64,000 nucleotides of DNA, from positions 1 through 64,000 of the forward strand of contig JAHLTZ010000064.1 in NCBI GenBank assembly GCA_025786725.1, given 5' to 3'. How positions within the stretch are numbered: position 1 is the stretch's first letter; the number at the start of each line of letters is the position of its first letter. The notes under the pieces are model-generated. The model worked only from the letters and a program-made list of their open reading frames with translations, was not told the origin of the DNA and did not search any database. The DNA is from Syncephalis fuscata S228. Lineage: Eukaryota; Fungi; Zoopagomycota. Of the stretch, positions 51,601 through 64,000 are shown piece after piece. A program made the position numbers and the translations under genes.

Positions 51601-51980
51601 AGAAATAAATAAGCTTGTATTGAGGCGTCCTTATATAATAATCTATACTCTATTATCTGTTTAGTTTTATTACTTTTGTATTTGTAATTAATATGTATTT
51701 GTCTTTAATATTTTATTACCCATTTAGTGTGATTTGATGGTCAAGCGACTACATTTAATAGTATTTTCACAATCGAATTACGCATTTGTACTAATAAAAA
51801 TGGACTGGACGGTGAGTGACATCAGGGTTCAAAATACTCACTATCATAGATTTATCATCTAGTATGTATATATTCAGTATACACATATACTCTATTCAGC
51901 AATATCATTCCCATTCTATGATTTACTAGACACGTTCTATTGTTTATATGCAGCAATATACTTTACTCTTCCCACTCATT
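48657..51980. mobile_element. Possible decayed element bounded by ~250-bp diverged inverted repeats (48657-48912 and 51723-51980)
   Basis: For example TGAATAGAGTATAT...ACCCTGATGTCA on the left is the reverse complement of TGACATCAGGGT...ATATACTCTATTCA on the right. No transposase motif or target-site duplication recognised. Confidence 0.4.
50289..51640 (+). pseudogene. Fragmented or frameshifted multi-exon gene of unknown function, basic Lys/Arg-rich N-terminal region
   Basis: Coding-like GC content, ORFs 50347-50856 and 51266-51496, and GTAAG donors with CTAAC/TAG acceptors. The pieces do not join in a single frame. Boundaries are approximate. Confidence 0.4.
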
Positions 51981-52662
51981 GCTTAATATACACTATAACT
52001 CTACCATCAATATCCATACCATTCCATTGTACATTCATTCTAATGCATATGATTTTATACTCGTTAAGCTTTTTTCTATCCAAAACTATTTCTTATTTGT
52101 TCTAGCTTTGTTATTAACAATTTCCAACTAGTTTTGCCTATCTGTTTATTAAAATATATGTATTAAACTTCGTCACGACTAATTGTCATTCTATATTGTA
52201 TATTCATTATACTGCATATTGTTTTATTGTACAATAGTTACATACTATTTAAACTGTCATAAACTAAATCTGGTTTTATTGCTAGTAGATCTCAGCTCTT
52301 TTCATTCATTCGCTCATACATAGATATCTGTAACTTCAACGCTGTCTATTGTACAATTCGATTGTATAATAGTGTACTATCTATCATTCTGCCATATAAC
52401 AAATATATTTAAAACGGTCTTAATTCGGCACTAGATTTATTCATTATAAATTCAATTTATAAAATTATATAATAGAACGAAATAGATGAATAGAGTATAT
52501 ATGCATACAGGATAATAATAATAATAATAATAATAATTAGGTTTATAATGGATAGTAATTCAATGGGATAGATAAATTTATTGAATTAGAAATAAATTAC
52601 AACGAAGAAACGTGTAGATCTGTTTTTTTTTACTTTTCTTTAATCGCCTTCGTAGCCAAACT

Positions 52663-54201
52663 ATGTCCCTTTATACGTTGCGTTCAAGCGCAATACGCAG
52701 TGTAAAAGCTGCGTGGACGCTTCAGGTAGATTAGTGGACAGTACAATGTCCTTACAGCTACTGATTCAAGTGATTGGTATTAGATTCGCAATAATGTTAC
52801 GGCAGCCACGGCCACTAGCACACTTGATACCGCCTACCAACATGCAGTCAAGGTGCTTCAAGAACAACGCGAACGCAAGTTGGCGGAAGTAAAGATGCTT
52901 GAAGAAAGGCTACAAGCAATTACAGGCGAAGGTAAGATGCGACACTTGTTAGTGACGCGCAGCTTATAACGATCAATCTATATTATTTATTAGACGGACT
53001 AGCCGAGGGAAAGCGCCGTAATATTAAACGGGATATATTTAAACTAAAGGTTCAAGCGGATAAAGACCAGCCAGAAACACTTAAACGTATAAAAAATAAT
53101 GATTGTACGTATAAACGACTATAAGCCAATATAAGCAACTAATTAGTATGTCTATCAATAGTCGATCTAACGCAACCGGTATTCCGTCATATGCGCCAGC
53201 GTCTATGGAAGATGGGGCCACGTAATAAACTGGTAATAATGCAGTTATTATATTGAATGGTGTTTAATTGATCAATTCTTGCTAATGACAGTTGGAACGA
53301 GTTACACAAATGAACATTTTACCAGATGTATTGCCACCATCGATCCAACCAGATATTGATGTTCAAATTGCCTTTGAAGGCCATTCTAATGACTCATTTG
53401 TACATGGCGATGTTATCTCAACTGAATGGACGATAAAGCCACCTACGATAAACGCCCAGTGCTTCCATGATGCAACGCGTCTTTACACGCTACTTTTAGT
53501 AGATCCAGGTAATATTATACAGCAGCCATATCAATACTTAGTAGCTACTAACTCATATGCCTATAGATGAGCCATTCCCTGAGGAACGCACCTATCGCAC
53601 ATCCTGCCATTGGCTGGTGTAAGATTCATAGAGATCTAATAATACGACAAGTCTGCTAACCGGTTATTTAATAGAACGGATATTCCACTCAGTATCATGA
53701 CACCTACGCTGAACACAGAGGCTGGGCAGACCATTTTATCTTATTTGCCGCCCCATCCAGCCAAAGGCAGTAAAAAGCACCGTTATACCCTGGTATTACT
53801 CGAACAAGAGGCACAAGAACAACAGAACCAACAACCAAATACCACATCATTGGTTAACCGGTAATTATCTGTTATACACAAGTGAATCTACTACTTATAA
53901 CCAAGCATACTATGTATAGCACCATTGATGTACAGCAGTTTATAAAACAATACCGGTTAACACCACGTGGCCTTACCTTTTTCCGCTGTGAATGGGAGCC
54001 ATGCACAGATACTGTGTACAAAGAGATACTCGGTAATTACTATGACATGCCACGTCTGTATTCTATCTAACACCATTGTTGCTGTATGTTCCATCTATGC
54101 TTCTAATAGGAATACGACCACCAAGATATGGACGTGTACCCAAACTGGATCCAGTACGAGATGCGGCAATTATTGAACGAATTCGCCTTTTAAATATCTA
54201 A
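52663..54201 (+). CDS. MRPL35: Mitochondrial large-subunit ribosomal protein mL38 (yeast Mrpl35; PEBP family), multi-exon
   Basis: DLTQPVFRHMRQRLW, ERVTQMNILPDVLP, YTLLLVDP|DEPFPEERTYRTSCHWL, YLPPHPAKGSKKHRYTLVLLEQ, GLTFFRCEW. The N-terminus resembles a mitochondrial presequence. Confidence 0.88.
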
Positions 54202-57002
54202 AAATAAATCGTTCTTTACACACACACAGAAATAAAAAGTAAAAGAGGAAAAGGAAATTGTTAATAGACCCCACTTATATCACTATGCCATATCGTCATT
54301 ATCTATGCATCATGGCATATAGATAAGGCGGTGCTACCTCGTATCTATTATTACTGCTCATACCATCAATATTAAGCACCATACTACTAGTACTGTAGTG
54401 GTGGTTATTACAGGTACATTAGGTGCATTTGATATAAATAACAAGGTGTACACAGCATTTAAATACTTAAACTTGTTTATAATAAAAGTAATAACAACTA
54501 GCTTATAAGCATGTTTATTGTAACTTTAAGGCTGACCTTGAGATTTGCCTTGACAGTACCGCATGTCTTTCACCATACATCAGTGGGATCAATGTGTGTA
54601 TAAAGAAAAGAGTGAAGACAAGGACGGTAAGGGGTATGTTACAGCCCTGACCATTTAAAACACTACTATGAATACATGTATATATGTTACAATCATATGA
54701 CAATGACGATACTATGGCTATTGAGACGAGTAGACGAATACTGAGGCACTACTTGTTTCTACCACTTAACAGGAGATATAGACACACACACACATTAAAC
54801 ATTTAAACCAAATTAAACAAAAGGATGTCCAGTATATTGGCTGTTTCAAGTTATCCACCAGGTTGGGTGAGCTGTACACCACATACACGCGACTGACTCA
54901 ATAGAGCACTTTTACCATATTTGTTCACTTTCTTTATATATATATAGATAGATGGAGAGATGCACGTATTGATAGGTAGCATTTTATTAATACCCTAGAT
55001 GGTGGTGGTGGTGGTAGCAGTCTTTTGAACTAGTCACTATTCTATAATAATAGACACAATATATCTATTAAGCTAAAACACAGCCAATGACCCTTGCTAT
55101 TATTGGTCCTATTACTATATCATGGCTATCATTGCTTGTTATAGTACTTGCAATGTGTTAGTGGTCACAGCTATCTGAATAGGCCGATATGCTCTATTTT
55201 AGTCAGTAATAAGAAGAGGGAAATGGCAAGGCCAAACTTGTACACACTCGCATATACGCACGCGCACACACACACCCCTTTTCACGCCTGGTCCTTTAGG
55301 TTTCTTTTACAATAGTCGTGCCTCTCTTTCTTCTTCCATATTCCTCGTTCTATGCAGTAGTAGAGTAATAGCGTTGACTATTACTATTAAACACCTTTAT
55401 TATACTGTCATCACTATAACTGCCACCTCCATATTGACCTTCAACGTTTCTCCTCCTTTCATTTTTCCTTCTTTTTGCGTGCACAATTGTCCTTCTCCTT
55501 TCAACGGCCTTGGTGAACAATAACAACAACAACAAAACACCAACCATTATAGTCGCCACTACAACAATAACAACCGGTTAACTACAACTATCTAACTTGT
55601 TTTTCAGTAGTCTGTCTGTCTGTCTGTCTGTCTATCAGTTAGCCAAGTACTCAATCCTTTTTATTTCACTCCTTCTCTTTTGCTATTACCGCCACTACTA
55701 CCACCACTATCTCTATCTCTACCACTTCTTTATCTCTACCCCGTGCACACCGTGCCCCTTCCTTGTCTGTGACTCATTCATTTCAATTTTGTCAAGTTAA
55801 AGCGTCTATTGCCTAGCAAATTATCTTTGTTTATGTAAGTCATATAGGGGCGTGATTATGGAGTGTCAAGATGACAGACACTGTAGGTGACTATGCGTGA
55901 GTACATATCTGTATCTGTCTATTATTATCGATCGATCCATCTATCTATTATCTATCTATTTATCCATTTATTATTAGTGCTTGTAGCTTATGAATATTGC
56001 TTTTATTTGTCGCCGCTTAGAGTATAATAATAGACTAGTGAGACAAATAGTCGATGACTCAATATAGTAACCAAATCATGATATTTTAATATCCGATCCT
56101 ATTTTCACTTTCTCGCTCCTTGAAGTGCATATAAACATGCTTCACTGTTTCCACTACGGCAAGCGGTACTTGTTTAATGCCACCATTCTCCTTGATTGCT
56201 CCTTGATGACAACTAAACACGGCAGTCAATTGCTCCGCTTGTTTGTCTAGGTGGATATGCTTTGTTTAACAAAGGTATTATTTAAGTGTTGATGTTCTAA
56301 GAAGTTTATTAAGATTGAAGTGGCGCATGAATGTTATTTAGATCATTACGGCACTTCATTTCATTCTCCGAAGTGTCATTGGTTGGTTGAGTGGCAGGAA
56401 CGAATTGATCTACTTCCGAATCTATTTGTATAAATTGTTTATTGAGCATATATTGTATGACCGCCCCTTTTCTATCTTTTTTATTATTACTACGATATAT
56501 CTCCTTTAATAGTGAATAGTAATAGCCGTATTATTAATAGTACATTTATAAGCGATTGATAGTTATTATATAATATATCTATATATGATATATCTATATA
56601 GCTATTAATTTGAACTATTGGCTATATTAAAAGTATAGCCAATAAGCTACACATTAATTAAAACGAATAACGATTGCTATTATTCTTATTATTGGCAGTA
56701 TACTAACGTTATTATTTGAATAGCCAACATTGACGCGTTTACTTATTAAACATAGGCTGTTGTTACAGTGACAGTTAAAGTATTACAGTCGTTGTTGTTG
56801 CTGGTACAACAGCCGTTGTTACTTATTCTTGTTGACTATTTACTATACGTATTGGTCTTTTATATACGTGGATTTCAAAGATTAAGTTGATAAAAGCATT
56901 TATATCGAGCACTACTATCGGACGACCAAACAATAGCAACTATAACAGCAATAGCAACCATACCTGCACTAACTACAACAGTCATCTGCATCGCTATTCG
57001 TT

Positions 57003-59932
57003 ATGGCTCGTTCCAGTGGAAAGAAGCAATCGAATCGACGTGAAGAAGCAGGAAACAAAAGTGCCACTAATGGAAAACACCAGCCACAGTCACAAGCCAG
57101 CTCATCGGCAGCCACCGCAGCTGTTCTAACGGATTTGAACGCCAATATGCGAACGCAGGCGTCGCAAGGGCGTAACAGCAATCGACGCAGTTTATTTATG
57201 GCCGGTGATTTATTTAAACGCAACCAAAACAACAACGCTTCATCCAACAGCCATGCTCAATCTACCGCCGGCATGGATACAGCATCCAATAGTGGCACAT
57301 CCACTACAACGAATACAACAATGGCATCAGGTACATTTACCCCAGAACTTTCATCGGTCAATCAACGATTAAAGGATTCAGACACGGCGAGTATTCGTAG
57401 CAATTCAAGTGTACGTTCAAACATTGCCCAGCGTCTCCGACGTGTCTTCAGTGCATCAAATATGTTTGATAAAAGCCGTGGCAGTGACTCAGAAGGTAAA
57501 TCAAGTGATCGTAAAAAGGCTATTGCATCAGCACCTGGATCACGACCCGATACACCCGATCATATTAAAGGCAAAGGTGTAGATCATTATACGGCATCGG
57601 CATCGCGTAAATCTACATCCTCTCAACACTCCAACTACACCAGCAATGGTGGTAGTGGTAGTACACGCAATAAAGAATATGGCCACAGTTCTAGTAGTCA
57701 ACGTCGTCGTGCCGGCAGCTCCAGCAACAACGAACGTACCACTATTTATCAAGGCACCAATAGCAGCGGCAGTCATCACCAACCATTTAACGGTGGCCGT
57801 CCTTCATTCTCATCGTCATCATCATCCATTTGTTCAGTTCAATATAGATCAGGCATGGCCAATGGCATGATACATACATCGTCTACTGGATCGGTGAGTT
57901 CACTTGGACAACATTCAGTAGCATCCTATCAACAACAACAACAAAGACGTGGCAGTGCTAGTAGCAATGGTACTCACCGTTCACGTCGCAGCACCTACAC
58001 CAATAATAATGGTGGTGGTAGTAGTAGTGGACACGATTCACCTGGTATGGCCAATGGTAACATTTACGCGATGTACGGTGGTGAAAATGGGTCATCTAGT
58101 TCATTAGCCTCCGCACCGGCCAATATAGCCCACTATAACCATAACAATAACCATTATACCAGTGGCAATATAGCCAATATGACACGTGAATCTAGATCTG
58201 CCTCATTCCACGGCAATGGCAATGGCAATAATGGTGTTTATCGACGTCCAGTGGCCCCTTCACCACTTGGATCATCATCATCCGCTTCTCATTCAAGAGC
58301 AAAGTCATTTAGTGGCACTACAACCGTTACTACTGCCAATACTGCAATGATGATGACGATGACAACACCCACCACTATACATCCATCTAGCAGTAGTAGT
58401 AGTAGTAGACCTTTATGTTCACCTCAATTAATGGTAACACCTCCACCACAACACATGTTTGGTGCATCTTTACCATTCAATGGCCAACAACAGTCACCAC
58501 AGTCACCATTCCATCCACAACCTGCACCGGTAATGAATGCAAATCAAATGATGCAACGTCATTCGTGGATGCCTCAAATGGGCCGTCCAGCATCTCCGTA
58601 TTTCTCTCCCGCCAATGCAAATAGTATGTCAAATAATATGTATTCTAATTCTGTGATGTCATCTCAAATGCACTCCGTTCATAATAATGTGAATGGTGGC
58701 CATGTTAATGTTGCCTTTAATACACCGATAACCCCACCATTCCCAGTAGTCCATAACAACAACCATAACAACCATAACAATGCACAATGGGAAGCCTATA
58801 GACAGAGAAACTTATCAGAGCCTATTCTAAGAACCTGTCCTACTGGCAACCCTTCATTAATGGTACCTGGACAAGGCATGTCAACCCCATCCAATGGCAC
58901 ATCTAATGACAGTACTCATCGTCAGAATATGAATACATTGACTATTTCTGAAGGAGAAGAAGAAGAAGCGGAAAAGACCACACTAATGAATCAATTAAAT
59001 GAAGATGACGATGATGTATATTCAACAGAAGAAGGTAGTGAAGAGGAGGAGGATGAGGAAAGTGACGATGAAGATGAGCAACCATTAGGTAATCAGTTAC
59101 TATTTGCACATCATGAACATAATCAAAATGATTCCAAATCATCGTTAATATCAACCGGCAGTACAAAAGACCGACCCATGCCCAGTCGTAGTATTCTAAA
59201 AGGTAATTAATAGACATCCACATAGTATAAGTATTAATTAGGGGTTTGTTTATAGCTAGTGGTATTGGTACTAGTCCAGAAATGGCTCGTATGCCATCTT
59301 CACCTGCCCCATGGACTAATAGAAATTCTAGTTATAAGAATGATAGTAGTAGTAATGAAGTGACATCATCAGCATCTGAACTATCTGTATTGGATGTTAC
59401 TCGATCTCAATCTGGTTCATCTTCATCTACACTATCGAATGAAGAGGCCGAGTCATCTGTTTCTACTTCATCATCGGCCTCTTCTTCCTGTGAAGCACTA
59501 CTAACCCCGGCATCTTCATCTACTGCCGTATCCACTGTGAATGAAGCAGATGGACCATTAAAGGTCTCCTCATCTACACTTAGTAACAATGATGAAGATA
59601 TTAGTGGTAGTGGTAGTGGTAGTGATATGACCACGACCCTTCAGACTAGTAGTCAACCACCACCACCACAATTACATAACAATAACAATAGTACTACTTC
59701 TAAATCCATGGTGGTGGTGGTGGTGGACAAAGAACCTAAGCGATTCCGATTTAATGAACGTGTTCTTGTAGGCGAGACATGGCCAGCTACTGAATATGAC
59801 CGTCGTGGTGAATCTATTATTAGATTAACCCCTGCACTAGCCCAAGCGATTAAAATGGAACTCAACGAATTTAAAGCGAAAGAAATGGCCGTTCATGAAG
59901 ATTCGCGCATCTACACTCACCTATTAGCATAA
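57003..59932 (+). CDS. Low-complexity protein with a C-terminal Bni4/Phactr-type PP1-binding domain; intron ~59203-59255
   Basis: RSILKG (SILK motif) and the C-terminus KRFRFNERVLVGETWPATEYDRRGE...LTPALAQAIKMELNEFKAKEMAVHEDSRIYTH. Confidence 0.82.
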
Positions 59933-60642
59933 TAGTTGTATATATAGTTATAGTTATAGTTATATATATATATGTGTGTGTGTGTATTATCTGCAATAAT
60001 CTATCAATACCAATTACTTATACTGTTTCTTGGTTATGGTTATGGTGGTTGTATAGACGCGGTGACATTTCTTTACTTCTACTACTACTACTACACTTTT
60101 ATTGTCTTCTATTATTATTATGCGTTTATTATTTACATTTGTGTTAACAACAACAACAACAACAACAATATTGCATCCATTGTCGTCACCTTTCTATTTT
60201 ATTATATGATATAGTAATGGTTATTCATCAATGATATGACATTAAACATGTGTGTGTCATATTAATAAGAAGAATTCAATGACGCTTCTTTTTTAGTATG
60301 GTCCTTTTCTTCTTCTTCTTCTTCTTTCTATATCATTTCATTGCTCTTCATTTTCAAAGCATAGTTTTATTTATAATGCACTTATAAAAATTACCATTTT
60401 CATTATCTATTCATGTTATTATAGTTTTATAAATTGTGTGGGTTTACATATATATATATATACAAATCATGGCCACAGTTTCTACTCTAGTAGAAATGGC
60501 TAATAGATATATTTATTTATACTTGTATATTGATACTAGAAAGTGAGTAAAATAGATAGATAGAGAGAGAGAGAGATAAACAAATAAGCAGCATATCAAA
60601 TCATCACTTATAATGCAACCATATAGCTTAATGACTAGTTAT

Positions 60643-63600
60643 TTATAGTTCAATAAGTGATGGGCTAATTGTATGTTGTTGTTGTTGTTCTTGTGGTGGT
60701 GGTGGTGGATAGTTGTATGTATTGGGTGTGCCAATAGGTGCTGGTTGAGGCACAGATGGTAGTGGTGGTAGATTGGGTGCAGTAGGTGCATTGGCCAATA
60801 CTTGATCAATAGTACCACCATTATTTACCTTCCATCCTTGTTGATGAAATGGATTAGAAGGTGTATGTTGATGTTGTGTACGTGTATTACTATGGGGACT
60901 TGCATCTTTATTTGATTCCATAGTAGTATACTGTTGTGGTGGTTGATTATGGTTATTGGTCGAGTGAATGGATTGTGGCACAGGTGTGGTGGTAGTGTTG
61001 GTAGTGGCAGATGGCATAGTATAGGTAGATTGAAGTGTAGGCAATGAACTAGATAAATGATATATTAGTTAATTAATTGGTGTTTATTAGATAAACTTAC
61101 TTGGCTGTTGTATAGCCACCTGTTGATGTAGGATCGGTAAATGATGCTGTTGATTGGCCAGTAGGATGACTATTACTACTATGTTCATTGGTCGTATATC
61201 CACTGGTGGGTGTGGTTGTATTGACTGTATTAATCGGTGGTTGTGGTGGTGCATTGGGTACAGCGGTTGTTGTTGTTGTTGTTGTTGCTGTTGTTGCTGT
61301 TGCTGTTGTTTGATGTGTAGGTGTTGTAGATAAAGTGGCTTGATGATTAACATAGACAGGATTAGATGTATATCCACCTCCACTATTGTTATTAGTAGTA
61401 GGTGTAGGTGTATTTAATCCATTCATTTGATGATCAGTCACCGTATTGGCTGTAGTGTAGGTAGGTTGATTAGAAGCCATTGAATAGATTGGATTGGTAT
61501 GAACAATGGATGTTGATGCCGTTGATTGAGGATAACCAATAGGTGGTTGTGATGGCATGGGTGTGGCTACATAAGATGCTGATACAGCTGGTGATAATTG
61601 AGGTTGTGGATGTGGTTGTTGTGGTATGTGCATCGACTGTGGTGGTTGTCCATTAGGATAATTGGCATTGGTATTGGCATAAGTAGGTGGATATGGTGTA
61701 TCATTTATAGGTAGGGCCTGTGTATAAATGATATTGGCATAAGGTGGATTAGGCATTGGTTGTGGTACTGCCCATCCATTCTGTATTAAATGTTGTTGTT
61801 GTTGTTGTTGTAATCGTAACTGTTGTTGTTGTTGTTGTTGTGCGTGATAAGCGGCCATTTGTTGTTCTTTTAACATTGTATCATATTGTTTTTGGGAAGC
61901 AGTCAGCTTTTCGTGTAATTCAAGATAGGCACCTAATATATTATTAATTGATGATTAATAAACTGTATAAATGGTTATTGGCTTGCTAATAAATAACTTA
62001 CGATGTTTTCTGGCGCTTTCTTCAAGTCCTTTAATCAATTTTGGTCTTAATGATCCTATTTGGTGATTTAATGCCTAATAGCATGATAATGGTGATGATT
62101 ATTAATTTATTGTATCTATATTAATATCCACATACCTGTACTTGACTATCTCCCATAACTGACCCATTAGTTGCCTGGAGTCGTTCTACAAGTGTTGAGA
62201 ATAATACAATATCTCGGCATCTATAGCAGTTAGATCATTGGGATCACGTTTCTGTGTTGACTATATCATACACTAATATGTTAATGGACTAGGCTATATT
62301 ATTGTAATGCTCTATCTATTACCTGAGGAGTAGAGGTGGATCGACTTGGTGGTCGGAAGACGTACGGATACGAGTATCATTACTTTGTGATATATGTGTT
62401 TCTTGTAATGATGCAGCAATGGCCGCGGCTAGATCTGGATCCTCTTCTTCCTCGTCACTCTTCTACTTTTGGTTATTACTCTGTACTATTAGATATTACA
62501 ATGAATATACTTACTTTGGTATGTACTTGTTGTTGTTGTTGTTGTTGCTGTTGTTGTTGTCGAGGTGGTGGTGCGACAGGTCGTGGGCTTGTGATTCTTT
62601 AAGAGATAGTTCAATGGCCCGTTTCATATCCTCATCATCACTGTCGTGGCCTTCTCCAGTCGTGCCAGAAGGTCCAGAGGCAGATTGAGATCCAAGTAAT
62701 AAATGGCCAGTATTTGAGGTATTGCCTGAAGTGGATCTAATGCCTTTAATAGAATGATAACAGCCATGGCATGTTCGCACTTCTTGGTGAATACCAATAT
62801 GAGGAAGTGCTAGTTCATACGATGAACATGGCTGACAGAAGTTTTACCACAATTTCTACAGTGATGCTATATGAACATATATTGGTTTAATTGGTAAGTA
62901 TTTGTATGATATTGTATATTACATTGTATGGCTATTAACTTACCTTTCTGTTGGTAAACGTAAATTGTGTTCGGCATCGTTCACATAATCACTATCTGTC
63001 CAGTCAGGAGGCTAATACAGTTGGTTAGATACAGTCAATATATATATATATGTATATGATATATATCAATAGCAACGTATATATACTACTATTACTTACT
63101 GTCATAGTATCATCATGGATGCATTCGTCTTTTCTAGTTTAGGAAAGATATGTCCTAGATGGAATAAAATAAGTAACTAGTTAATTAAATTCGTAATTCT
63201 TATTAAAAGATAATACCTGATGATACAAGTGCACGATGAACATCACAGACATATGTCAAATCTGATCGTGACTGAAAAGTATGTGACCAATTCTGAATCA
63301 AAGCAAGAATCTTATTACGTACTTCGTTGTGGTGGACTGAAGTAATCGTGTTTAAACGGGTCAGATATATATTTACGTAAAATGGCTATTATGTCAGTCA
63401 ACTTACAGGCTGATTAACAACTCGGTAAGATAATCCATAAAATCTCTGGATGCCACTTCGACCAGAAAGTGATGTCCACCATTCTTGACACAAGTGTCGG
63501 TAAGCTGTAATCCGTTATAGTATGGTTATTATTAAATATTAAGCATAGTTAGCAACCAGTTGGACTGTAATATTCCCTAGCTACCTTTAAGCCTAGCATT

Positions 63601-64000
63601 TGAACATTGGGATTGCGATGACTAATACGCCGCTTAAGTGCGCGGATAGCCGTTCGTGGCTCGACTTGCTTGCCTCGAATGTAATCGCATACATCTAGAC
63701 TTAAAATCAGATCCTCCTGACCTGCTGGCAAATACTCGGAAGTAGCACGGTCTATATAGAAATAGATAGATATGCATATAGTGGCAATTGTAAGTGATTA
63801 GTTGATAATCAACAGTCATATATATATATATATATATATGCATGTATGTATGTTTGTATGTATGTATATATAAGGGGTATACTGCGCTACTATAGAGCAT
63901 TCAACAACCGATAGACTCGCCATAGCAAATAGTACTGGCTATAAGCGGTCATCATAATAGACAGAATGCACGCTGTCAAACCAATACTTACCGACAAGAT
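60643..64000 (-). CDS. VPS27: ESCRT-0 subunit Vps27/Hrs; 5' end outside the window; two apparent 1-nt deletions in the FYVE exons
   Basis: VHS domain ([38 protein letters not shown]), FYVE domain (PDWTDS..FTFTNRKHHCRNCG..VRTCHGC), two UIMs ([29 protein letters not shown]), Gln/Pro-rich tail ending LIEL. Confidence 0.92.

Noticed and set aside
54202-57002. Long gene-free stretch with a pyrimidine-rich tract, microsatellites and a possible 5'-UTR intron (~55835-56723)
   Set aside because: Consistent with the promoter and UTR of the Bni4-like gene. No RNA gene or ORF could be supported.
57540-62688. Many antisense or overlapping ORFs and CAA/TAG/TA microsatellites in the Bni4-like and VPS27 genes
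   Set aside because: Shadow frames of low-complexity coding sequence.
1-64000. tRNA, rRNA, transposase or reverse transcriptase genes
   Set aside because: None recognised by eye. A tRNAscan-SE/Infernal run and a TE-protein search would be needed to exclude them formally.

Overview
AT-rich, intron-containing eukaryotic DNA. The gene set and the short GTAAGT...CTAAY...YAG introns fit an early-diverging fungus, but I cannot assign a taxon from the sequence alone. Conventional genes: three tandem multi-pass membrane (GPCR-like) paralogs, a ZIP zinc transporter with ZRE-like upstream motifs, cullin-4, an NAD kinase with a PB1-like N-terminus, a small secreted Cys-rich protein, an MBOAT acyltransferase, a Cys-rich/TM/SH3 protein, a PEX11-family protein, a 7TM-RGS protein, MAG2/RNF10, an Oxidored-like protein, mitoribosomal mL38, a Bni4-like PP1 regulator and VPS27 (partial). 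Several non-coding dispersed, tandem and inverted repeats lie between them. The standout is absent from the ORF track. At 19873-23006 (+), an apparent ~81-bp AT-rich tandem repeat resolves into 38 mutually homologous phase-1 introns separated by 37 micro-exons (35 of 3 nt, 2 of 6 nt). Joined by hand, they give an uninterrupted 70-aa precursor: signal peptide, LVRR Kex2-type site, then the cationic six-cysteine peptide ANSKCTDACKAACKTQGASAPADKRAEWIKNCISGVCKC. The stop codon is itself split by the last intron. This is a roughly one-codon-per-exon, defensin-like gene, and it sits between the two halves of an inverted-repeat element found intact elsewhere in the window. All coordinates and alignments were read by eye; no database searches were run.
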